Below, in pieces: positions 37,601 to 48,312 of a stretch of 64,000 bases of DNA. The translations under genes were made by a program, and so were the position numbers. The DNA lies in NCBI GenBank assembly GCA_002811645.1, contig PDIP01000060.1:62001-126000 (forward strand). Reading direction: 5' to 3'. How positions within the stretch are numbered: position 1 is the stretch's first letter; the number at the start of each line of letters is the position of its first letter. Origin of the DNA: Corallochytrium limacisporum Hawaii (Eukaryota; Protista; Pluriformea). Under the pieces are notes generated by a model that saw only the letters and a list, made by a program, of their open reading frames with translations, was not told the origin of the DNA and searched no databases.

Positions 37601-40600
37601 GTTTTTCGTAGCCTTATCATTCACCAGCATCTGAACTTCTGTAGGGAGAACGCAAATATGTGACTGCCCAGGGGAGCAACGGACCTGCAAAAGGTCTTAG
37701 CAGCCGGACAGAGTGTTGATTTCCATAGTCCGTGTACCGACCATTCTTCCCAGCCTACGCATGTGTGCCCCCGCGCCCGGTCCCACAGTGCCAAAGCTTC
37801 TCTCACAGTGATTACCTCCCCTACGTCGTACCTTCCTCTCGTTGCCTCTCTCCTGATCTAATCCTTGCAGATCAGAATTCGACTATTGCACATCAGTCAT
37901 TATTATGACAGCCTTTTCAGTATAGAAATTCTGACAATGACGTCGCAACCGAGGAGTGCCCAAAGGTCGCCTATCTCCAATGTAAAACTTGCCCAATGGC
38001 CTGATCGAACAAGACGGGAAGGCACCTCGCTCCATTGGGAAGGTCGTTTGAGGACGAAAATGATGTGTTATATTTCTCCCAAATTGCAAATGTGAACTCA
38101 TTGTATGTTCCGGCTAGAGGAAGACATACATTAAGTACAGAATCACCTACGTCTGTAATTCCAGACACATACTATGTGTTGGCATCATTCATAATATTTC
38201 TTTTCACCACCACCCCTACCACTCGTAGCATACAAGCGAACATGGCGTTAAAACCTAAGACATGCGCCTTCATCTCTTCTCAACCGTGAGCTCATAATTT
38301 GATCCCATACTTTCACACCTAGACATGGGGCTAGTCTGTGGTGGGCCCATAGACTCCCGGATTACGGCACAGTGTCAGCACCGCAAATAGACCGCTAAGT
38401 GTTTGTGTGGGTTTTCATCCTCTTAGAAATCCATTTGTTTTTGCCTCTTTTGTGCCTTCTGTCACTATGACACAGTAACAGTTGGCCATGAGCTTCCAAC
38501 CCGCAATGGACTCCCCTGAGTTAAGTGTAAAGAACCATTAGAGGGCCCCAGCTCGTCCACTGAACCGTTCTCCGTTCTCCGCTTTTACTTCCTGGTAAAG
38601 GGATGCAATTAATTGGTACACTAGGCGTTTCCAACTCCGTTGGTTTTGTATGTAACAGAAGAAATAAATATTCTTCAGTACGTAATTGCTTGCTTTTCTA
38701 GACAGCTGTTTGCTAGAAAGGGAGCATGTGCCACAAAAGCCAATTCCCCTCAAATCAGGAAAGCATAAGTACGGAAAAGCAAAGAGCAAGATATTTTTTT
38801 TGGCAGCCCCTGTGTCCACTGCCTTAAGGTCCAACCCAATACCTGCCGGGTGACAACGAAAAAAGAAAATTTTGAAATGAAATATTGGGCCATCATCCAT
38901 TTTGTCAGGTCCTGAACTTAATCCTTCGGTAAATACAGACACGCTACCAATTCACAGAGATTGGTACAAATTTTATACCCTCCCAGAAACTAAAAGTACC
39001 AACCCTCATACCTACCCTCCTGATGATAGTTTGGGTAGTTTTGCTGCCCTCAAGGACAAATTATTGGCATTAAGGTCCCACTTGCTTGCTATACAATCCT
39101 TCTCGCAGCTTAGCAAACACCCTCCCTCACCTCTGTGGCTCTTCCAGATAAAGCGAAGAAATTTTGTGTTTTGATTAGTGAATTCTTACACGTTTGGTTT
39201 ACTTTGTGAACACGCCTGCGTCCCTTGCGAGTATCCTCCGAAACCCATACCACTCCTCTTCGAAGGCAGGTGTTGGACTAAGAGGACTGGGAACATTGGG
39301 GGAGATAAGGAGACAAGTGAAGCGTCAAACAGTCCACCGGTGGGCTGCAAGCGAATCAGTGATAAAGCTTAGATGCAGACAACGGCCCCTGCTGGAGTGT
39401 CGAGGCCAAGGAAGACCTCACGAGACAAAAAACTTTCCAGTTTCACTCTCACTTCACACACTCTTTTTTTGTATAGCTTATGTATGTATTTACTCATGCC
39501 GTCCTGGGCTGTAATGGCGATATTCATGAGAGTGAACTTAAGATTTGAGGTAGAAAATTTATTTTCTTCACCTTTCGTTCAGCTGACCGTTACTCACAAG
39601 GTGGGGCTAAGCTCATATGGTTTTTTTTTGTTCTAGAGCAAAACATTCCCGTAATCTACGAGTCTGTGGGTGGTAGTACGGGCGTCTGTGGGGCTGAAAG
39701 ACGACGGAATGTATTCAAGCTCCGACCTCCGCGGTGGATTTCTCCCCCGCCCTACCTTTTCTCTCTCGAAGTCAAATACACAGGAACCAGTTAAAGGGAA
39801 TGAAGAAAACGTCCAGCCCTAAGAAGAATATACAAAACTGCCTGCAGTATTCTTCTAAGAAAGATCACCACGCGGAAAACGGTCTCGACACTGGCGCAAC
39901 CAAAGCGTCCAACTTCATTTTGCAGCCCTCACTTCCTTCGGCTTCTCTGACGAAAAAGTCGCACTCGTTACCTCACTTGCCGAAATTTCGATACATTTCA
40001 AACTCCAAGAACCCACTAACGTTTCCATTTCTTTCCGCCTCCGTTCCCGTCTCCGAAGATGTTTCACCTCCCCCTCCCTCCCCCGTACACAACAATGCAG
40101 GTCACTTTTGAACGACTTCCCAGCAGCGGACCCCAGCAGCGGACCTGGTGTCAGTGGCGGACAACCCACTGCTGCCATCACGCATTTCACTGTGTCTCTC
40201 GGAGACTTTTTGCCCCCTCCCCCCCCCCTCCCCCGTCTCCGCACTTGTTTGGATGCGCTGTACTTCTCTCTCAAAAATATTCATCGCCTTCGAATACATT
40301 TTATACCAGAACCTAAAATTTTTTTCTTCTTATGGGTTTCGTCGCGCTTGTGCGCGGACCGACCCCCCACTTTTTTCTCCTGTGCTTCTCGGCGACGGAA
40401 GGGTCCCATCGTGCTTGCTGGCGTGCATTGAAGGGAAAGGGGTGTCAGAGGAGGGAAAGGGTGGGGTGCCAGTCAGAGAAGGGGGAAAAGGGGAAAAGCG
40501 GGGCCTCCTGGCCCTTACCACTCCTTCACCGGACGCAACGGAAGAGAGGAGGGGAAAGGGCACCGGGCACGGAGCGTGTAGGCGGTGGAGGGGGCTGAGA

Positions 40601-41122
40601 TGGGGAGAGCATGGGCCCTATTGCGCGCATCTTGTCGACCTGAACCGATGATATCCATACATGCAGTATTGAAAAGCCAGCAACCAAAATTTAAGGGACC
40701 ACCAAAACTCCGAAGTGACTGTTGAGCACATAGAGTTAAAAAAAATCTGCCCATTGCTTGCCCCTCGGTTTCCGGGCGCTGGGGGTGAGGCCATCTCTCA
40801 TTTCTCTCTCCGCACTTTGTCCTTTCTCCGGTCTATTGAGTACCGGGCGCAAAGAGAGGGGGGGTTGAACCCTTTTGTTTTTGCCTGCTGGAAATAGACC
40901 AGGGCAGTCGTCTAGCGACCTATGGTTGTGCTCCTTGCTATTCGCTTGCAAGGGGACACAGTGACAGTAAGTTGTAAGGCCAGGCCGATATAGGATTACG
41001 TTGGGATGGTTGAACGAGAGATCTGCTATTTAAGATGATCTGCTGACGATTCCTATCAGATATTTGGATGATCTAATCAAACCTTAGTACTATACAAAGC
41101 GAATTAACAGAACACATACACA

Positions 41123-41530
41123 ATGGTCCTTATTGGCTTCATTCTTCTTGGCGGTATCGTCATTATTGGCGCCGGCATTAAGACCAGCACAACTCTGATT
41201 GTGCGGAACAACAACAAGCGGGCAGCCCGCAAGTTGCGTAAGGAAATGTACAAGAGCATCGGGAACACTTCGACTCTTAGTTACAAGCAGCTCAAGGAGC
41301 TGGACAAAAAGGCACTAAAGTACGGCGATGACCGCCTCGCAAAAGACCTCGAGGATGTCAACCTGATGCTTCCCAGTGTGCGTCGTATGCTGGAGGACTA
41401 TGCTCGTACTCAGGCCACCCCAACTCCTCGTTACACCATGGTTATGCACGAGGGGGATCTTCCACCCCGCTACAGCGAGGTTAGCGAGTTCGACCTCGCC
41501 GATGTACAAACCGTCGCTATTGCCGCATGA
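41123..41530 (+). CDS. Hypothetical 135-aa single-pass membrane protein with C-terminal PPxY motif
   Basis: A/C-rich context acacaATG as in RPL29; C/G-ending codon bias; hydrophobic N-terminus followed by a basic stretch; LPPRY near the C-terminus. Confidence 0.75.
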   Translation: MVLIGFILLGGIVIIGAGIKTSTTLIVRNNNKRAARKLRKEMYKSIGNTSTLSYKQLKELDKKALKYGDDRLAKDLEDVNLMLPSVRRMLEDYARTQATPTPRYTMVMHEGDLPPRYSEVSEFDLADVQTVAIAA

Positions 41531-44301
41531 CTATCCGTCGGGGAGTATGAAAACGAGAAAGAAAAGACAGAAAACATCCATCATATCATAGACCAACATT
41601 CGATGCCGCTGGCGTCCCGTGCATGACCAAACAATACGTTTGCATCCATTGCATAGTTGCATCATCCATACCATACCATTCCATTCCATCCATATTGACA
41701 TACATATATACATAGAACACCATTCCATCATTAACATAACACATTAACCACTCTTGACCATGCTCATTATCTGTTCACGTTTACCATGACTTACAGTATC
41801 TCCTCATGCTGATTGTAATGGTAGCTCTGGTGTGTCAACGTACACGCAGCGTACCAGATATTCTCTACAATTGATCTTAAATCACACCAGAATCAATTAC
41901 GTCCCTGCACACATGGCGCTACTCGCCTTATCGAGACCTCCATCATTACCCCATTATACAGTTTCGGGGCTTACACGGAGCCAGCTGTAGATGCCGCCCA
42001 AACATCCGAGTTGTGGCATGTGCAGACCATGTTCGAAGGTTACGATACAACTCCCAAGTTCAACCTCCCCCGTCTGAGGCCGCCTCTCCCCGGAGTATCA
42101 CGAGCTCCCGCCACTCCCTCACTGCTCAGCCGTGTTGGGATCCGCAGCCTCTCAATTTTCTTCACCCTGCGGTAACAAAACCTATAGCACTTTCCCATAC
42201 AGTATATATTCAGTATTGAAATGGTGTGGTGCTCTCCGTAGGGAGGTATAGATTCCGGGGGCAGTAGCCCGCCTCCCATTCGCGCTGCCTCGTAACACCG
42301 GGACGGGCGGAGCCTAGCGTACACACCCCAACACCTCTGCAGGACGAGAATAACTCCAAAAATTTGACACCAACTTTTTCATGAGGGGGTGACACGACTT
42401 ACACTGCGTAGAGCCTCAGAGTGCCCACACATCTTGAAGCAATCATCGCGCCCTGTTGTAGCCATCTTTCATCGCCACAACCTACTTAGGGGCCTATTTT
42501 TGTTGCTTTGCAGTTTTCACCCGGTTCTGACCCTTACACATTTTTAACTCTTGGAAGAAATTGGTGGGTGGGTTTTCTAGAAACCGCCGGCCCGTGTGTT
42601 GTCAGTACAAGTGGGCAGGTGGGGCTGGTACACGATAGCCGGGCGCCGCCGTTGCAATCTGTGATGCGTCTATGAGTCCACAGAGTGACCGTAGGAGAGA
42701 TTGTGCATGCTGGCTAGCTGAGCTGCGTATGCTGCACTAAGTAAAGAGTCCTAGAACATCCCTCGCAGCGAAAGGTAACGTGGGTGTCTGGCAGTTCTGA
42801 CGCTCAATATTCCTATGGGAGCCGACCATTGACATTTCCTGTCCCTTCACCCTGAGGGAGTGTGTACACACGTACCTCTGCATCTCCGCCTCACCAAACC
42901 TTGCCAACTATGAAAGCCCCTTGGTGGAGTTCCAGAGCTCCAACCCCCATGGAATAGAACGGAAACTGAATGAACAGGAAGGTCGTGGGTGATGTCGGGA
43001 TCCCATCGCTGGAGGAGCGTGGTAGTAAGGCATGTGAATTGTTTCAGAGATCGGTAGCGCACGCTTGAACGCACCGGCATCGTGTACAAGAGGCATGCAA
43101 TTTATGAACATGTTGATTCTTACACAGACACCTTCAACGAACCATAAACATCCAGTCACAACGCTATCAGCAGCTACCATCCACTGATGTGCATCATCGA
43201 AGACGAAGAGGAGACACGATAAAGCGACCCATTCACTGCATCGAGCGAAACACTTCAACAAGTCACTAAGTTTCAAAAAAGGCAGTACATCTAAACTGCA
43301 AGCTAGCGATGCAAGCCCAGCCGCACCCGTTCCTTAGAGTATCTTCCTCTCCTCTACCGAGGCCAGTCAGGGGTCTACGTTTGATTGGTAGGCCTCCCTT
43401 CCTCGGGCCAAGGAACCTGTTCCCTACCGGTCAGGACGGCACGGATCTGCGAAAGGAAAGGACCAGCAAAGGCAAAGTGAATTTACTATGAAGTCGTGTA
43501 TAGCAAGAATTACATTAATGGCTCTACAAGAAAATGCATGGAGCTCCTCCCTCAGTCTCGACACAGCATATAGGAGTCCATTTTTCACGTCCTGCCTTCC
43601 GTGCGGGGGAGTGGGACTCGATTGGCAAAATGAACGGTGGGAGTCTATTTAACGTCCTTCCCTCACTAAAGCACACCCGCCTCCTCGGGGGGACGGGATG
43701 GGCCAGTCTCAAAACACACACAAATGGAACACCAAAAGAAATTCACACATAAAAATTTTGTGAAAGAATCTTTGGCAAAGATGGCGCTCGCAAAATGGCC
43801 GAGTTTCGGGTGGGCGAAATTCGACCAACTAAAGTAAACCATAAGTATACCTCATAGTTATGTAGATCAGTATAATTAGTATTAAATTGTGTTATATATA
43901 CTGCATTCAGATTCCTTATATAAGGACAATGCGTTCCTGGCTTTCAGTACTTTAAGTACTGCTGTGGAACCTGGGGGTGAACCGCAACTTCAAAGGCAAA
44001 TGGCCAGGGCCTTTCGAAACAATGCATGTTCTTCACTCCGGGCAAGTAAACGGTTCCTTTGGGAGCTGGGCAGTGCACTTTCAGCCGTCCTGCATTTTTG
44101 TGTTAACACTGACCGTCCCCCAATACTACACGCTTTGCAAGGAAACCATACCACTCAAAGGTAGATGCACAGATGCAACACTATAGTATCAATATGTGTA
44201 CTCCATAGGAAAGCTATAAGAAAGTACAAGATCGTTGAAGAGTGCTATGGAGCTGAACTTGGTAAGTTTCAGTTTGCGATCGGAATACTTCACAATTCAC
44301 A

Positions 44302-44475
44302 ATGGCTAAATCAAAGAACCACACTTCCCATAACCAGGGATTCAAGAACCACCGCAACGGTATCAAGAAGCCCAAGAAGCAGCGCTTCATGTCCATGAAG
44401 GGCGTGGACCCCAAGTTCTTGAAGAACATGCGTTTCGCTAAGAAGCACAACCCCAAGAAGGCTGTCAAGGCCTAA
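44302..44475 (+). CDS. RPL29: 60S ribosomal protein L29 (eL29)
   Basis: Manual translation [57 protein letters not shown] (57 aa, shorter than any ORF in the track); unmistakable eL29 signature. Confidence 0.98.
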   Translation: MAKSKNHTSHNQGFKNHRNGIKKPKKQRFMSMKGVDPKFLKNMRFAKKHNPKKAVKA

Positions 44476-45339
44476 GTTGTTCGCAACCCTATTATGATTT
44501 TCAAATCAATAACCAGAAATTCTCAACGGAACCTACCTAAGATGACAATAGTGTGCAACATTGTGCAGAACTGGGGAACTTCCTCGGGATCGAATAGCTT
44601 CTAACATATCCAAAACTTTTTACATTTGATTGGGCGGACTGTACACATTCGATACATAGCAATCGCAGGGTGACTGAACATCACAATGACATGAAGAAGA
44701 CTTTCAAATGTGGAAATTACGAGTCCACTGTCCATGCTTCGCGTCTACTTTGGTATGTCCACGTCAGTCTTTGATCCGGTCCCGTATCTCTTGCATATCA
44801 TATAGTAAATCCAACATAAGTGTCTTATTTTCCTTAACTTTACAATATTTTGCAATGTTTCTCTGACGGCAATGTTAGGTTTTGTAAGGGTTTTAGCTTC
44901 TCCGAAGTTGAAGTCACGGCTGTCTGGCATGACTAAAGGGCACAATGGCTTCGCGCTAAAGATATCAACTGGTAGCAATCCCTACCGCTCAAAGCCCCCA
45001 CCCTTTCTCTTATTGGCCCCGGCGAAACCGGGAGCGGGAGAGACCGAACGTGGAAACTCTTTATTTTTGAATTATTAGTACCGCAATGATAGCTGAATCG
45101 AGAGCAATTTAAATATTTAAGATTTACTAGAGCTGTTCCTACGTCGATAAAGTATGCATCAAAGCAACTAGCGCAAAAATCAAGTTCTGCGATATCGTAA
45201 ACCCCCTTTACAAGCACCGTGATCGGTGAATGCACAATGGTGCCGCGGTGAGATTAATTTAACAACAATGAAGGGTTGGATCCCCTTCTAGAATCTCTGT
45301 TGGAATCTTGAGTGTTGTGACATATTAAGAAGTACCGAA

Positions 45340-47481
45340 ATGCTGCCTGCGGTCAACGGCAGGGATGGCAGCAGCCACCGTCGGCAGCTCAAACCCACAG
45401 GAGGAATTAGCGGCCGGTTTACTCTTCGCTACCTCCTACTGACTGTGTTTCTGATTGTTGCCTACGTTTGGTACTACCACTCCACAGACGTCACTGACGG
45501 GCTTCCATGGGCATCTGGTGGTCCACTTGAGTGGGCCGGGAGCAGAAAATCGAGAAACGGGACTGCGAGGATCACAATGCTGGAAACAGTTCTCCAGCAA
45601 GAACCACAAGTTCCGGAGAATAACTGCGGCCACGTCGGGGCTCCCATCACCGAAATTAACTTTGGTAACCTTCTGCTGGCGGAAGGGTCTAAACTCGAAT
45701 TGTACGCATTCGACCACTCTGAACGGAGGGTCGGACTGGAACACCAATGGACGCTGGTACAGAGGGCGAAGGGAAGTCCGAAGGGTGACGCGCCGCCAAA
45801 GTGTACTGGTGGTCAAAGCAGCCTTTTGATTTGCGAAGGATTTGCAGCGGGCAGCATATGGCAGGTGCTGGCCACCATTACCAATGACCTGCACCGGGCC
45901 TGTACCGCGAGCATGGTGGTCACCGTGCGTCCGAGCGATGCGCTTATTGTGCCTGCGGAGTCAGGCAAGGACGTGCCGAGTGCGAACGCGAAAAGGCAGG
46001 ATCTGTTGTTGGTCGGTGCCTACATCAATCAGCCGTCACGAACCACGAGCATGGCCCTCGACCAATACATTCTGAAGAAAGTGGATGAGGTGCGCTGGTT
46101 CTTTGTGGGATCTCGGCCTGAACGGGGCAAGATTGGCGTCTCGCCGCCGTCGACTCTTCCCATTCCAGTCAAGAAGCACAGCCAGCTTGACAGTTTCAAC
46201 CAGGCGATGGATGATGAGCTTGATGAGGAATCCGGAGGACTTGCGGAAAAGGTCTACTTTGCGGGCCTGGATCGCGGCATTTATATTGTCCGGTGCTATG
46301 TGAGAACCAAAAAGTCTGGCAACTGGCTCTTTATGGATACTCTGGTGACGGTTAAGGGCGCAAAGATGTCCATGTATGCGCATGAGCCAGGTACCTTCCC
46401 TGTTAATGAGGCATTGCAGCCCATTCCCTTCAAGAAGGGCAGTTTTCTGCCCAAATGCCATAGAGGTGGGTCCGGAGGACCGGGAAAGGGTAAACCATGG
46501 TCCTTCGACCTCGACCGTCTCCTGGGTCCGGTGAAAGGGGAATTTGAGCGCAAGCGGCTGGCAAAGCAGAGGCCGAACACCGACAAGGATCCCAGCCAAG
46601 TGGACCATGAGAACGTACTCATCTATTTGAGCTTTGCGAGTTCAGAGTACGCGTTGCTTATGCGCAATCTGGTCTGTTCATGGCGTGCCCAGGGTGTAAA
46701 GAACTTGAGAGTCATTGCCTTTGATGATGATACATACAACAGCCTGAAGAACTTCCTCTCACCTCATGAACTCTACGATGGTCGGAGTCTCTTTACTCCA
46801 GGAGAGAAGACAAATTACGAATACGGCCAAAAGGAAGTTTGGAGGCGTATCATGCACGTCAAGACCCGCTTTATTGCGGAATGCATCAATGCAGGGCTCG
46901 ATGTTATGATCATGGATGCCGATACTGCATTGCTGGCACCTATCGACACTGATCTTCATCAGCGCAGTGCACGATGCGATATTCAGTTCCAAGCGGACGC
47001 AGGGCGTGGTATCGAAGAAGCTGATCTTTGGGCCAACGTGGCCACAAATGCAGGCGTCTACTTTGCGCTCAGTAATCACCGTACACGTCGGCTGTACCAC
47101 GCCTGGCTTGATGCCTACGAGTGCGATGAGGCACGACGTGAGCAATTGGCTCTGCAGATTGCTTACCATAACCTCATTCGGGGGCAATGGATTCTGCACA
47201 ACCCCGACATCCGGCCCTTGACCTTGCGTGGCGAGGAAGCGGAGTATGTGATCAAATTATGCTACTTACCCTTTGACATTTATCCGAACGGCAACTTCTT
47301 TCTGTTCCAAGAGGACTTTCGGAAGGTCTATGGTGGGACCGTCCAACCGAAGCTCTTGCACGCCAATAAGGTCAACCAGGATATCAAAGTAAAGCGGGAC
47401 TACCTCCAGCAGTACGGTGGTTACTTCTTGGATCCGACAAATGACCACCGCTGTGCTCCGACACATGGCAGAGCACCTTAG
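45340..47481 (+). CDS. Type II membrane nucleotide-diphospho-sugar transferase (GT77 / Nucleotid_trans-like)
   Basis: N-terminal signal anchor (YLLLTVFLIVAYVWYY). C-terminal GT-A domain with MHVKTRFIAECINAGLDVMIMDAD (DxD), DIQFQAD, NAGVYFALSN, EQLAL, LPFDIYPNG and LLHAN. Confidence 0.85.
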   Translation: MLPAVNGRDGSSHRRQLKPTGGISGRFTLRYLLLTVFLIVAYVWYYHSTDVTDGLPWASGGPLEWAGSRKSRNGTARITMLETVLQQEPQVPENNCGHVGAPITEINFGNLLLAEGSKLELYAFDHSERRVGLEHQWTLVQRAKGSPKGDAPPKCTGGQSSLLICEGFAAGSIWQVLATITNDLHRACTASMVVTVRPSDALIVPAESGKDVPSANAKRQDLLLVGAYINQPSRTTSMALDQYILKKVDEVRWFFVGSRPERGKIGVSPPSTLPIPVKKHSQLDSFNQAMDDELDEESGGLAEKVYFAGLDRGIYIVRCYVRTKKSGNWLFMDTLVTVKGAKMSMYAHEPGTFPVNEALQPIPFKKGSFLPKCHRGGSGGPGKGKPWSFDLDRLLGPVKGEFERKRLAKQRPNTDKDPSQVDHENVLIYLSFASSEYALLMRNLVCSWRAQGVKNLRVIAFDDDTYNSLKNFLSPHELYDGRSLFTPGEKTNYEYGQKEVWRRIMHVKTRFIAECINAGLDVMIMDADTALLAPIDTDLHQRSARCDIQFQADAGRGIEEADLWANVATNAGVYFALSNHRTRRLYHAWLDAYECDEARREQLALQIAYHNLIRGQWILHNPDIRPLTLRGEEAEYVIKLCYLPFDIYPNGNFFLFQEDFRKVYGGTVQPKLLHANKVNQDIKVKRDYLQQYGGYFLDPTNDHRCAPTHGRAP

Positions 47482-48312
47482 CATAAGTCTACGCTGTCTC
47501 GAAGGAAGAAGTGTAACCCTCTCCGCCCATGACCAAGGTGACAACAAATGGGTGCATTGTCGGGCCCTCAGAACCAGCGGGAAAAAGATTCGAAATATTT
47601 CGTGCATATCTATAATTTTATTGTATAGTTGTGTACAAATATACAATGCGAATCAATGCCTATAGTGAGAGTACGAGCCCTCCCTTTCACACCCTTGAGC
47701 TTGCGGCCCCTGCCGTGAAGCGAAATCGCCGACCGAGGTCCTCTGCGAAACCCAACCAACCGGCCTACCAACGCGCTACCCTGCGGGCCCCTTGCCCGCC
47801 TTCCCCAGGAGGGAAACCGAGCAAGGGGGATTGCGCCCCCCCCCCGGGACTGGAAGGGACCCCAAGTGGCCCCGTTGGACGACTCTGCGCCCCCGTTCCG
47901 ACAGTTGGAGGTCTCACCACAGATAGAGAAGGAGGGACGGAGGAAAAACAAAACAAAAACGTAAGTTAACAGAACTTTTCATTTTTAGAATTGGTAACAA
48001 GCTGCAATTGAATAAGGATGACATAATAACTGTAAAATTGATGAAAGTGATCTTTTGCAGTGAAGTCTGATCTTTTTGCGGGAACGCGTAGGGATCACTA
48101 TTCGAACAGATCAGTACATTACCAGTACCAAACTATTTATGTCGGAGAGTTTCTGTAGATCAACATATAACCAAAACCTGACCAAATACATCGGATACAT
48201 TAGGAAATCGTGATCTTTAGACCGGAACCTAAAGCTCTCGCAATGTGAGCCACAGTACTGGCGACAATGTAGACAAGCGCATAGGTTCCGTCGACAGCGA
48301 AGGATCGATACC

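Noticed and set aside
43778-43800. YY1-like AAGATGGCG / AAAATGGCC motifs upstream of RPL29
   Set aside because: Short, ~500 bp from the ATG and not mirrored upstream of RPS15; TSS unknown.
44262-44272. GTAAGT donor-like site before RPL29 (possible 5' UTR intron)
   Set aside because: No plausible branch point or acceptor between it and the ATG.
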